Origin: Prevotella sp.
GTDB lineage: Bacteria; Bacteroidota; Bacteroidia; Bacteroidales; Bacteroidaceae
Assembly (NCBI GenBank): GCA_051878735.1
Contig: JBJEKR010000044.1
Span: forward strand, 1,412 to 65,411
Direction: 5' to 3'
DNA: 64,000 nucleotides
A model generated the notes under the pieces. It was given only the letters and a program-made list of their open reading frames with translations. It was not told where the DNA came from and made no database searches. Positions 30,692 to 40,690 of this stretch are shown one piece after another (position 1 is the first letter of the stretch; the number at the start of each line of letters is the position of its first letter). The translations under genes were made by a program, and so were the position numbers.

Positions 30692-31588
30692 CTATACTAT
30701 TATTTTTGTCTTATGATAGTATTCACGGAACTCCGTAGGTGCGCAACCTTTCTTGCGCTTAAACACACGGTTGAAGTTACTTAGGTTGTTATAGCCGCAG
30801 AGATAACAGATATCGGCTATGCTCTTGTTGGTATCGACAAGCATACGTGCAGCATAGCCAAGACGAATGTCGATGATGTAGTCACTTACTGTACGTCCGG
30901 TGTGAAGCTTAAAGAAGCGGCTGAACGCCGTCTCGCTCATACATGCCAAGTCGGCGAGTGTCTTCAGCTTCAGTTCCTTCATATAGTTAGAGTTTATAAA
31001 GTTCTTCACCTTCAGTATGCGTGAGCTGTCTTCCTCTATCACTACCTTGGCATAACTTGTGGTGGCAAGGGTACGTGCTCCCTCGCTGCGCGAGAGAATG
31101 TTGAGAATGTCCAGAAACTTCATGAAAGCCTCAAACCTGTCAGTAATGCAGCTTAGCGCCTGCAACTGGTTATAGACCTTCATGATGGTGTCCATGGGGA
31201 AGACGAGTCCCTTGCGTGCTTCGTTGAGCATGTTGTAGATCTGCTTAAACGGATTCTTGCTGAAGAGACTGTCACTCGACAGGTCGAAACGGAACTGGAC
31301 GGTAATCTCATGGATATCGTCGCTACGGCAGTCGTTCTGCATCCACACGTGCTCGAGTTCGAGACTCGTGATGAGAACGAGGTCGTATTCGTCGATAACC
31401 TCGCTACTGTCTCCCACTATGCGGCGCACTCCAGCGGCATGTTCCACGAAGTTGAGTTCAAACACTTGATGATTGTGAATAGGATAGGTGAACTCCTTCT
31501 TGTGGCGGTCAGCTATGTAGAGCACGTCGTTCTCTCGTAGAGGCGTTATCTCGTGGAGGACATGTTCATATATTTGATCATTCTTCAT
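30692..31588 (-). CDS. AraC family regulator of the mannan locus
   Basis: Cupin N-domain (YPIHNH..FELN, RRIVGDS, LEHVW) plus HTH (MSETAFSRFFK, GYNNLSNFNR). ATG 31588 overlaps the epimerase stop. Confidence 0.88.
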   Translation of the reverse strand: MKNDQIYEHVLHEITPLRENDVLYIADRHKKEFTYPIHNHQVFELNFVEHAAGVRRIVGDSSEVIDEYDLVLITSLELEHVWMQNDCRSDDIHEITVQFRFDLSSDSLFSKNPFKQIYNMLNEARKGLVFPMDTIMKVYNQLQALSCITDRFEAFMKFLDILNILSRSEGARTLATTSYAKVVIEEDSSRILKVKNFINSNYMKELKLKTLADLACMSETAFSRFFKLHTGRTVSDYIIDIRLGYAARMLVDTNKSIADICYLCGYNNLSNFNRVFKRKKGCAPTEFREYYHKTKIIV

Positions 31589-32774
31589 TTCTTTCAATAA
31601 TCTCCAGACACATGCGGCTATTGTGGTATGGACACTTCCAGAATCCAGCCTTGTCGTCGATGATATTCAGGCTACCATCGGCATGTCGGCTCCAGAACCA
31701 CTCGCCGTTATCACGGTCTATCAGTTTGTCTTTGATGTATTGCCAGCAGCGCGAAGCCTTGTCCAGGGCAGACTGGTCGCCAAAATGCTGGTAAATGTTG
31801 TAGAAGCCAACTACGGCTTCTGCCTGTACCCACCAGTGGAGGTCGTCATCGACATGGCCTGTGTCGAGATTAGCCTCATGAATCATCGAACCATCGGCAT
31901 TGAGACCTTTTTCAGATGCCTTGGCTACGAGCTGTACTATTGGCTCCACCTTTCGCAGCACGTCAGGGTCGCCCAATACAAGGGCTGCCTCGTGCATCAG
32001 CCATGAGCACTCGATGTCGTGGCCATAACTTTCCAAATGCCCAGCACCGCGAGTCCAGTCGTTCTCGAAGAAAAGGTCGAGATGATGCGTCTCAGGGTTG
32101 AGGATTCGATCAGTGAAGATGTCGATGAGATTACGCAGTGCACGCTCCAGACGCGAATCCTTCCAAATTCGGAAGAGGTTGGTGTAAGGCTCAATGATGT
32201 GCAGATGTGTGTTCTGCGACTTTGGATAGTTGGCGTCAAGGTCGGAAAGGCGCATGTCAGTAATCACGCCCCACTCTCTTGTACATGCCTCGATGTAGCC
32301 ATTGTATTGGCTGTCGAACGAATGTTCCTCAATGCAGTCGAACAGTTTAATGGCGAACTCCAAAGCTTTCGCGTCACCCGTGGCACGGCTATACTCGCTC
32401 AGTCCGTAGATGGCAAAGCCAATGGCATAGAACTGCTTTTTGGTGTCCTTTGGCTTTCCGTAACAATCGACCGACCAGTAAATTCCACCATTGTCGGAGT
32501 CGTAGAAATGGGCGAGAATGTAGTCTTTGGCACGTGTTGCCATGTCAAGGTATTCTGTACGCTTCAGCACACGATAGGCGGCTGAGAACGTCCAGAGAAT
32601 GCGAGCATTGAGAATGGCTCCCTTCTCGGCATCGGCATGAAGCACGTTGCCGCCATCGATGCGACCGTAGAATCCACCACGCTCGTTATCGACCATCTGA
32701 TTGAGCCAGAAGGGCAGGATGTTGCCCGTAAGCTCATCCTGCACTTCTCGCATAAGTTGTTTAGGTTGTATCAT
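31578..32774 (-). CDS. AGE family mannobiose/cellobiose 2-epimerase
   Basis: NILPFW, ARILWTFS, NTHLHIIE, SYGHDIE, WWVQAE, WKCPYHNSR. Confidence 0.92.
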   Translation of the reverse strand: MIQPKQLMREVQDELTGNILPFWLNQMVDNERGGFYGRIDGGNVLHADAEKGAILNARILWTFSAAYRVLKRTEYLDMATRAKDYILAHFYDSDNGGIYWSVDCYGKPKDTKKQFYAIGFAIYGLSEYSRATGDAKALEFAIKLFDCIEEHSFDSQYNGYIEACTREWGVITDMRLSDLDANYPKSQNTHLHIIEPYTNLFRIWKDSRLERALRNLIDIFTDRILNPETHHLDLFFENDWTRGAGHLESYGHDIECSWLMHEAALVLGDPDVLRKVEPIVQLVAKASEKGLNADGSMIHEANLDTGHVDDDLHWWVQAEAVVGFYNIYQHFGDQSALDKASRCWQYIKDKLIDRDNGEWFWSRHADGSLNIIDDKAGFWKCPYHNSRMCLEIIERNEE

Positions 32775-32811
32775 TGTTTGTTTCGTTTTTATGTCTTACT
32801 ATCGTAATGGC

Positions 32812-34212
32812 TTAGTCATGCTTCCTCGTCTTCTGCAGCTGCTTTGCAATGTGTTCTACTTCCTCGGTAGTGAGCGTGTAGAAATTGACGCAAATGATAC
32901 TTATCAGAGCCACGCACGACGGAGCAAAGGTCATGAGATACCACAGATAGGTGGTGACACTCTCAGGCTGCGTCACGGCGATGCCGTTCTGCGGCTGCAC
33001 GTAACCCACGAGGGCAAGAAGCCACATGACGGAAGCTCCACCAAGGGCACCGCCAAACTTCTGTGCCATGGAAGCACTGGAGAAAATGAGACCCGTAGAG
33101 GCTGAATGGAACTTCAGCTCAGCATAGTCGGAAACGTCGGCATACATACTCCAGATAAGTGGCGAGACAATACCCGTGAAGATTGAGATAATAATCTGCA
33201 GAACCATCATTCCCCAAAGTCCTGCAACAGAGTCAGACGGCATGAAGAAGAACAGCACGCTGAGCACGGCGAGGGCTATGTTGGAATAGATGAACGTGGC
33301 CTTCTTGCCGAATCGCTTGGCGATGGGCACGGTGAGTGCCACGCCAATCATGTTGCACACCTCGCCCACGCTGAGGAACAAGCCGGCGTAGAACAGTATG
33401 GACAAACCGAAGAAAGGCAGGCTCACGTCGCCATCGACGCAGATGATGTAGGTGAAGAAGTATGCTACAACCGAACCACGAATGGTGTTGAACAGGTTGC
33501 TGCAAAGTGCGGCGCCGATGAGAATCCACCAAGGACGATTGCGCAGCAGCGAAGAGAAGTCGCTTCCCACGCTCACCTTGCTTTCACTCTTGATGTGCTC
33601 GCGAGTAAGCGAGAAGCAGAGAAGGAACAGGATGAAGCAAGCAGCGGCTATGGCAACCATGGCGAACTGCGTTCCAGTGGCCTTAGACCCTCCGAACATC
33701 GGCGTGAAGAAGTTGCATAGTGGCTCCCAAGCCGAGAGGGCGATGAACGAGCCGCCGTAAGCAAAGAACATGCGGAACGAGGAGAATACGGTCTTCTCGT
33801 TGGTGTCAGCCGTCATAACGCCAAGCATAGAGCCGTAGGGAACGTTGATGCCCGTATAGACAGTCATCATCAGAATGTAGGTGACGTATGCCCATACAAG
33901 TTTGGCGGCATACCCCCAGTCGGGAGTGGTGAACAGAAGTATTCCGCAAATGGAGAATGGAACTGCCATCCACAGCAGATACGGACGATATTTTCCCCAG
34001 CGTGTCTTTGTACGGTCGGCAATGATACCCATCATAGGGTCACTGACTCCGTCCCAGATACGAGTGACGAGCATGAGCACACCTGCATCGACAAGGTTTA
34101 GCCCAAACACATCACTATAGAATATTGGAAGATAATAAGAAAAAATCTTCCAGAACATTGACGACGACATGTCGCCGAAGCCATAACCAATCTTTTCGCT
34201 TAATTTAGCCAT
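32812..34212 (-). CDS. GPH family MFS sugar:cation symporter
   Basis: EKIGYGFGD, DPMMG..ADRT.TRWG.YRP, ADVSDY. Start reassigned to MAKLSEK. Confidence 0.9.
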   Translation of the reverse strand: MAKLSEKIGYGFGDMSSSMFWKIFSYYLPIFYSDVFGLNLVDAGVLMLVTRIWDGVSDPMMGIIADRTKTRWGKYRPYLLWMAVPFSICGILLFTTPDWGYAAKLVWAYVTYILMMTVYTGINVPYGSMLGVMTADTNEKTVFSSFRMFFAYGGSFIALSAWEPLCNFFTPMFGGSKATGTQFAMVAIAAACFILFLLCFSLTREHIKSESKVSVGSDFSSLLRNRPWWILIGAALCSNLFNTIRGSVVAYFFTYIICVDGDVSLPFFGLSILFYAGLFLSVGEVCNMIGVALTVPIAKRFGKKATFIYSNIALAVLSVLFFFMPSDSVAGLWGMMVLQIIISIFTGIVSPLIWSMYADVSDYAELKFHSASTGLIFSSASMAQKFGGALGGASVMWLLALVGYVQPQNGIAVTQPESVTTYLWYLMTFAPSCVALISIICVNFYTLTTEEVEHIAKQLQKTRKHD

Positions 34213-34331
34213 TTCTTGAGTTCTAATTTGTTTAGTGATTTTTAAGGAGGTGAGGGATGAGAGATTGCTGTGCAGATGCCTCGACCTCAAATCCAGACTC
34301 GAACAGATCTCCCATCACTCACTTCTCACCT

Positions 34332-35495
34332 CTATCCTCTTAAATTTTTATTAATAAGCCTCTTTATTGTCTCAACGCTGTTGCCTGTGGCATAGCCGTC
34401 CTCGGGAGTGTTCATGCAGTAGTCGATGAGACGGTCGATGGTAGAGGTAGCGACGTGCATACGAGTGTCCGACGAACCGTAGTAGATGAACACCTTGCCG
34501 TCTTCGTCAGCTATCCAGCCATTGGCAAACACCACGTTCATTACGTCTCCAATGTACTCGCCGCCTTCGGGAACCATGAAGTAGCCACCAGGCTGTGCGA
34601 TGACGCGTGTTGGGTCGTCAAGAGCTGTCATATACATATATAATACATAGCGCAGACCTGAAGCGCAACCACGCACGCCATGAGCCAAATGCAACCAGCC
34701 CTTTGGAGTCTTTATTGGGTGTGGACCCTCGCCGTTCTTCACCTCCATTATGGTGTGATAGTGGCGAGCGTTGATGATTTTCTCTTCTCCTATCTCTGCC
34801 TTGGTAATGTCATCAACAAGTGCCCAACCTATGCCGCCGCCTGAACCGGTATCGATGAATCCGTCCTGTGGGCGTGTGTAGAAGGCATACTTGCCATCGA
34901 CGAACTCTGGATGCAGAACCACGTTGCGCTGCTGGCTCTTGGTCTTAAGGTCTGGCAGACGCTCCCAGTTGATGAGGTCCTTGGTGCGTGCTATGGCAGC
35001 TGTAGCCGTTGCAGCAGAAAGGTCGCCTGGCTGCGAGTCGTCGTGACGCTCTGCACAGAACACGCCATATACATATCCGTCCTCGTGAGCCGTGAGTCGC
35101 ATGTCGTAGATATTCGTTGCAGGAACAACGTCCTCTGGCATTGTGATAGGCTCTGGCCAGAAGCGGAAGTTGTCAATACCGTTAGGACTTTCGGCAACGG
35201 CGAAGAAACTCTTGCGGTCAGCACCCTCTACGCGAACTACAAGAACATATTTTCCATTCCATTTGATGGCTCCCGAATTGAGAGTGGCGTTCATCATGAT
35301 GCGTTGCATCAGATATGGATTATCGTTCTCGTTGAAGTCGTAGCGCCATTCCAGCGGAGTGTGTTCGGCTGTAACGATAGGGTTTTCATACTTCTCATAG
35401 ATTCCATTGCCGTATGGCAGCGGATTGTTCTTTCTGCCAAGCAGTTCTTCGTGACGAGCCCTAAGGGCGTTCACTCTTTCTTGAAAATCGCTCAT
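34332..35495 (-). CDS. GH130 4-O-beta-D-mannosyl-D-glucose phosphorylase
   Basis: NATLNSGA, VRVEGADRKS, YDMRLT.HEDG, YTRPQDGF, KNGEGP, LAHGVR, GDVMNV. Confidence 0.93.
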   Translation of the reverse strand: MSDFQERVNALRARHEELLGRKNNPLPYGNGIYEKYENPIVTAEHTPLEWRYDFNENDNPYLMQRIMMNATLNSGAIKWNGKYVLVVRVEGADRKSFFAVAESPNGIDNFRFWPEPITMPEDVVPATNIYDMRLTAHEDGYVYGVFCAERHDDSQPGDLSAATATAAIARTKDLINWERLPDLKTKSQQRNVVLHPEFVDGKYAFYTRPQDGFIDTGSGGGIGWALVDDITKAEIGEEKIINARHYHTIMEVKNGEGPHPIKTPKGWLHLAHGVRGCASGLRYVLYMYMTALDDPTRVIAQPGGYFMVPEGGEYIGDVMNVVFANGWIADEDGKVFIYYGSSDTRMHVATSTIDRLIDYCMNTPEDGYATGNSVETIKRLINKNLRG

Positions 35496-35509
35496 ATTTT
35501 TTATTATAA

Positions 35510-36790
35510 TTATTTATTCAACTTCAATTGCTTCCAAAGCCATTCACACCACTCATCCCACTGCTCCTGATACCAGAAGTGACCTGTCTGCTGATACAGG
35601 CTGAGAGTCTTCGGAGCGGTGATGGTGTTGTAGGTTGCCCACATCGATGTGGGAGGCACCACAACATCGTTATAGCCAAACGAGAACCATCCAGGTACTT
35701 TAATTCGGCGTGCGAAGTTGATACCGTCGAAATAGCCTGAGTTCTTAATCTTCACTGGATCGTGAGTCTTTTCGTAGTAGAAATAGTGTGGCCAACCGCA
35801 TGGCTGTCCCTTAAGCGAAGCCGTATGGTCGCACATTGCAGCATGAACGGCGCCAAAGCATGTGACACGGTTGTCAAGAGCGGCGCATACCAACGACAAC
35901 ATGCCTCCCTGACTGCTGCCGGTGACTCCGAGATTCTCACCGTCCCACTCTGGTAGCGAGGCGATGTAGTCGATGGAGCGAATGGCACCTGTGAAAATTC
36001 GCTTATACGGCATTTTGTCGCGGTTGTCGAGATTTGCTTCCCAATAGCCGTTAAGAGCACCATTGTGAAGACGGTCATACACTTCCTGCTTCATTGTCAC
36101 GGGAATGCCGTGAACGCCTATCTCAAGAGTGATAGCACCCTTCGACGCCGTGGTGACGTCACCACCATAAGGGCGACAGCCTGCGCCAGGCACACGAAGC
36201 AGTGCGGGATATTTTCCTGGTTTTACTGGTATGCAGAGAATGCCATAAATACGGCTTCCCCAAGCGTTGTTGTTGTAGCTAACTTCATATACATTGACAT
36301 CCTTCGTACAGCGTTCGGGAAGCAGTTCCCTATGTGGGTCGAGATCTGTCTTTCGTGCCTCTGCCAGCGTGTTGCTCCAGAACTGGTCGAAGTCGTCGGG
36401 ACACGTTGCCGTTGGCGTTAGCTTCTCAGGAGAGAAGCCGGCGGTACATATACCTTGATATTTTTGTCCTTTCTCTGTATAATCGACGGTTACTCGGTAG
36501 AATCCCGGCTTTGTCATCTTCCCCTCCACCTTAGTGGTGCCGTTCTTCAGCGTCATGGTCTTTTTCGAGGTGGGATACATCTCAGGTCCTGTCTCGCACT
36601 CTATCGTTGCGTTCTCAATGGGTGTACCAGAGCGCAGCACGCTGATGGTGAACTTTGCCGTCTCGCCAACCTTGTAGTTCCAGTCGGCGTGGTCAGGAGT
36701 GACGGTGACCGTGATGTTGTTGCCGCGAATTTGAGCATTGGCAAAGACAAGGCTCATCAAAGCGAACAGTAGTAAAGTTGTTTTTTTCAT
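35510..36790 (-). CDS. CE7 acetyl (xylan/mannan) esterase, secreted
   Basis: Signal peptide, GSSQGG nucleophile elbow, GYNDVVVPP, TGH. Confidence 0.85.
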   Translation of the reverse strand: MKKTTLLLFALMSLVFANAQIRGNNITVTVTPDHADWNYKVGETAKFTISVLRSGTPIENATIECETGPEMYPTSKKTMTLKNGTTKVEGKMTKPGFYRVTVDYTEKGQKYQGICTAGFSPEKLTPTATCPDDFDQFWSNTLAEARKTDLDPHRELLPERCTKDVNVYEVSYNNNAWGSRIYGILCIPVKPGKYPALLRVPGAGCRPYGGDVTTASKGAITLEIGVHGIPVTMKQEVYDRLHNGALNGYWEANLDNRDKMPYKRIFTGAIRSIDYIASLPEWDGENLGVTGSSQGGMLSLVCAALDNRVTCFGAVHAAMCDHTASLKGQPCGWPHYFYYEKTHDPVKIKNSGYFDGINFARRIKVPGWFSFGYNDVVVPPTSMWATYNTITAPKTLSLYQQTGHFWYQEQWDEWCEWLWKQLKLNK

Positions 36791-36993
36791 TTTTATAGAT
36801 AGTCATTTATATGTTTTAAGTCTCGAAGCGACGGTTGTTATCTTAGGCATCGTTTGTGGTTAAGAAGAGGAGAGACAAACGCCTTTGTCTCCCACTTCTC
36901 TTCTCTAACTACTAACTATAAACCTAATCAAATATAATCTACGTCATATCGTCATTTGACTTTCCTTAGGTCCTGGATTTGTCATTGACGGTG

Positions 36994-37311
36994 CAAAGTT
37001 AGCATAATATATGCAAAGTCAATGATACTTTCTTATCAAAAAGATACACTTTTTTGCCAAATGACAAAAAATAGCAAATAAAAATTACTCTATTTGCATA
37101 TTTTCGCATGCTACACCTTATTTAATATATATCACAAACGTCATTTGTAGATAGATTTAAGCGAAAATGTATAAAAAGCAAATAAATTGTAAATAATACA
37201 CTTAAATAGCCTATAGTTGCTTCTTTCAAGCATAATTATCACGATAGATAAAAAAGTATCAATATTTAGCAAATAAATACCAATTGTTTTAAGATAATTA
37301 TATTAACTTTG
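36994..37311. promoter_or_regulatory. Divergent PUL promoters with mirrored operator-like motifs
   Basis: TAACTTTG at 37001-36994 (-) and 37304-37311 (+); GATAAGAAAGTATCA (37037-37023, -) vs GATAAAAAAGTATCA (37247-37261, +). Confidence 0.7.
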
Positions 37312-37419
37312 CAACCAAAAAATGAACAATGCCTAATTGTTCTTCCGAAAAAAGGACATACTGAAACTAACGAGGGTATTGCCGTAACGAAAAGGAATAA
37401 TTAACAAAACAGATATCTT

Positions 37420-40400
37420 ATGAACATTAAAAACAGTAAACAAACTTTGTTTGTCGGACTATGCTCAATTTTATTCTTGGGCAATTCTCCGCAAGCATTT
37501 GCAGTCGGCGAGGCGCAAACGCCACCCGCTGTGCAGCAAACGAAGAAGGTCTCTGGTGTCGTCAACGATGCCATGGGACCAATTATTGGAGCAAGCGTCA
37601 AGATTAAGGGAACGTCAACCGGCGTTGCTACAGATTTTGACGGAAAATTCAACCTCTCTGTGCAGCCTGGTGCAACACTCGTCGTGTCGTACATTGGTTA
37701 TGTGACAAAAGAAGTCAAGGTAGGCAACCAGAGTGAAATCTCGATAATGCTCGTCGAAGACAAGAAGTTGCTTGACGAGGTCGTTGTCGTAGGATATGGT
37801 ACGATGAAGAAAAGCGACATCTCAGGTTCTTCTGTCAATCTCGGAGAGAAAGCCATGAAAGGCTCTATCATCACTTCTCTCGACCAGTCGCTGCAAGGTC
37901 GTGCAGCAGGTGTTACCGCTGTCAGCACTTCTGGTGCTCCTGGTACAGCTTCCTCCATTCGAGTTCGTGGTACGGCAACTATCAACTCCAACGCCGAACC
38001 TCTCTATGTCATCGACGGCGTCATCGTCCAGACAGGTAGTACAAGTGGTTCAAGCCTTGGTTTCGGCGATGCCCTCGACAATGGTCCTACATCTACAGTA
38101 TCGCCTCTGTCAACCATCAACCCTGCCGACATCGTGAGCATGGAAATCCTGAAGGATGCCTCGGCGACAGCCATCTATGGTGCTCAGGGTGCAAACGGTG
38201 TCGTACTGATTACCACAAAGCGTGGTAAGGCAGGCGAGGCAAAGTTCTCTTATGACGGCATGGTGGCATGGAGCCGCCAGACAAAGCGTCTTGACATGAT
38301 GAACCTTCGTGAGTTTGGTGATTACTACAACGACTTCGTTGCCTCAGGCTTCGGCGGCATCAAGGAAGACCCATATTATAGCGATGTCTCGCTGCTTGGA
38401 AAGGGAACAAACTGGCAGGATGCCATTTTCCAGACGGCCTTCCAACAGCAGCATCAGTTCTCTGCACAAGGCGGAACAGAAAAAATCCAATACTATGTGT
38501 CTGCCGGATACATGGATCAGGAGGGAACCATCATCGGATCTGAATTCAATCGTCTATCCGTAAGGACAAACCTCGACGCACAGCTTAAGTCATGGCTGAA
38601 GCTCGGACTTAGCGCGACATTCTCCGACTCTAACGACAACCTCAAGCTCACCGATGGTGCAGAGGGTATCGTCGGCTTCGCCCTGTCATCATTGCCAGAG
38701 GCTCCAATCTACGACATCGACGGCAACTACGCCTCGTTTGCCCGCGAGAACTACAGCATCCACAACCCTATAGCCAAGGCAATGGAACAGAACAATATGC
38801 TCAACCGTAAGAAGCTCAACGGAAACATCTATGCCGAGGTTACTCCTATCAAGAACCTTGTTTGGCACGCTGAGATTGGCTACGACATCGGCTATAGCAA
38901 GGCTGAGATTTACAACAATGCCATCGACCTTCCAAACTGGAAAGAGCCTAACGAGAGCAGCATACAGAAGAACAACAACACTTACTGGCAGCTGAAGAAC
39001 TATATAACCTACAGCAACACCTTCGCAGAGAAACACTCCATGACGGCAATGATGGGACAGGAATGTTGGGAAAGCAAGTGGGACTACACAAAGGTAGCCA
39101 ACACAAACCTTCCTTCCGATGCTGTACATAACCCACAGCTTGGTACAGGAACGGCAACCATCAACGCAGGCTTCGGCAGTTCATCGATGGCATCGTTCTT
39201 CACCCGCTGGACCTACAGCTACGACAACCGTTACAATGCCACATACACATACCGTTACGACGGAAGCTCGAATTTCGGTCCAAATAACCGTTGGGCAGGA
39301 TTCCACTCCGCAGCCGCATCATGGCGTTTCACCAACGAGAAGTTCATGAAGAACATCAAGTGGATGAGCAACGGTAAGCTCCGTTTGGGCTGGGGACAGA
39401 CAGGTAACTCAAACATCAACTCCTACGTATGGGGTGTGAACATGCAGCAGGTTTATACCGCTTTGGGCAATGGCTATCGTCCACAGAATATCCCTAACCT
39501 CGACGTACGTTGGGAGAAGCAGTCGCAGATTGACGTTGGTCTTGACATCGGCTTGTTCAACGACCGCGTAAACCTCACCATCGACTGGTATCAGAAGGAG
39601 TCGAAGGACATGCTCATGGAGCTCCAGCTTCCTTCCTACATGGGAACACAAGGTAACGACAACTCAAAACTGAAAGCACCTATGGGCAACTATGGTCATA
39701 TCCGCAACACTGGTTTTGAAATCACCCTCAACACCCATCCGCTCATCGGTCAGTTCCAGTGGGATAGCGAGATGCAGATCTCTTTCAACAAGAACAAGCT
39801 CATCGCACTCAACGGTACTGCAAGCTCTGCCATCGTAGGTTATGCACAATGGGGACAGACACAGGTTACCAAGACAGACATTGGCGAAAGCCTTTATAGC
39901 TTCTATGGCTATGTTTGCGACGGCATCTATCAGGACCTTCAGGATCTGGAGACATCGCCAAAGCCATCTGCCTACCCTACCAATGGCGTGTTCAATGGTG
40001 CCAACACCACATACGTTGGCGACATCAAATACAAAGACCTGAATGGTGACGGAGTGATTGACGAGAACGACCGTACCAACATCGGCTCGCCACTGCCAAA
40101 GTTCACCTTCGGTTGGACCAACACATTCCGTTACAAGAACTTCGACCTCAACATCTTTATCAATGGTTCTTATGGCAACAAGGTGATGAACCTCACCAAG
40201 CGCAACCTCACCACAATGAGCTCAGCCTGGAGCAACCAGCATACTGATGTCATTGACCGTGCCCGCCTTGAGCCTATTGACGCCAGCATTGTCTATGCCG
40301 ACGGCTCTAAGTGGTACAACCATGTGGAGAACGTGCGCGTCGCCAACCCTGACGCATCACTTCCACGTGCCATCATCGGCGACCCTAACGACAACGACCG

Positions 40401-40671
40401 TATCAGCGACCGCTATATTGAGGACGGCTCTTACCTCCGTTTGAAGAACCTCGCCCTCGGCTACACATTCCCGAAGAAGGTGATTAAGTCGCTGGGAGTT
40501 GAGAATCTCCGCCTCTATTGCAACATTCAGAACCTCTTCACCATCACAGGTTACGACGGCTATGACCCAGAAATCGGTGTCAGCACAATGTCAATCAACG
40601 TGATGGGTGTGGATTATGGACGTTATCCTTCACCAACGACCTATTCATTCGGTCTGAACATGTCATTCTAA
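37420..40671 (+). CDS. susC: SusC/RagA TonB-dependent transporter
   Basis: LDEVVVVGYG, PLYVIDG, LKDASATAIYGAQGANGV, IEDGSYLRLKN, C-terminal GLNMSF. Confidence 0.97.
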   Translation: MNIKNSKQTLFVGLCSILFLGNSPQAFAVGEAQTPPAVQQTKKVSGVVNDAMGPIIGASVKIKGTSTGVATDFDGKFNLSVQPGATLVVSYIGYVTKEVKVGNQSEISIMLVEDKKLLDEVVVVGYGTMKKSDISGSSVNLGEKAMKGSIITSLDQSLQGRAAGVTAVSTSGAPGTASSIRVRGTATINSNAEPLYVIDGVIVQTGSTSGSSLGFGDALDNGPTSTVSPLSTINPADIVSMEILKDASATAIYGAQGANGVVLITTKRGKAGEAKFSYDGMVAWSRQTKRLDMMNLREFGDYYNDFVASGFGGIKEDPYYSDVSLLGKGTNWQDAIFQTAFQQQHQFSAQGGTEKIQYYVSAGYMDQEGTIIGSEFNRLSVRTNLDAQLKSWLKLGLSATFSDSNDNLKLTDGAEGIVGFALSSLPEAPIYDIDGNYASFARENYSIHNPIAKAMEQNNMLNRKKLNGNIYAEVTPIKNLVWHAEIGYDIGYSKAEIYNNAIDLPNWKEPNESSIQKNNNTYWQLKNYITYSNTFAEKHSMTAMMGQECWESKWDYTKVANTNLPSDAVHNPQLGTGTATINAGFGSSSMASFFTRWTYSYDNRYNATYTYRYDGSSNFGPNNRWAGFHSAAASWRFTNEKFMKNIKWMSNGKLRLGWGQTGNSNINSYVWGVNMQQVYTALGNGYRPQNIPNLDVRWEKQSQIDVGLDIGLFNDRVNLTIDWYQKESKDMLMELQLPSYMGTQGNDNSKLKAPMGNYGHIRNTGFEITLNTHPLIGQFQWDSEMQISFNKNKLIALNGTASSAIVGYAQWGQTQVTKTDIGESLYSFYGYVCDGIYQDLQDLETSPKPSAYPTNGVFNGANTTYVGDIKYKDLNGDGVIDENDRTNIGSPLPKFTFGWTNTFRYKNFDLNIFINGSYGNKVMNLTKRNLTTMSSAWSNQHTDVIDRARLEPIDASIVYADGSKWYNHVENVRVANPDASLPRAIIGDPNDNDRISDRYIEDGSYLRLKNLALGYTFPKKVIKSLGVENLRLYCNIQNLFTITGYDGYDPEIGVSTMSINVMGVDYGRYPSPTTYSFGLNMSF

Positions 40672-40690
40672 TTCTAAATAAGGAAACTAT

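Noticed and set aside
34244-34326. Imperfect 20-bp IR between the MGP and MFS genes as a riboswitch
   Set aside because: No recognisable aptamer motif; more simply an intra-operon stabilising hairpin.
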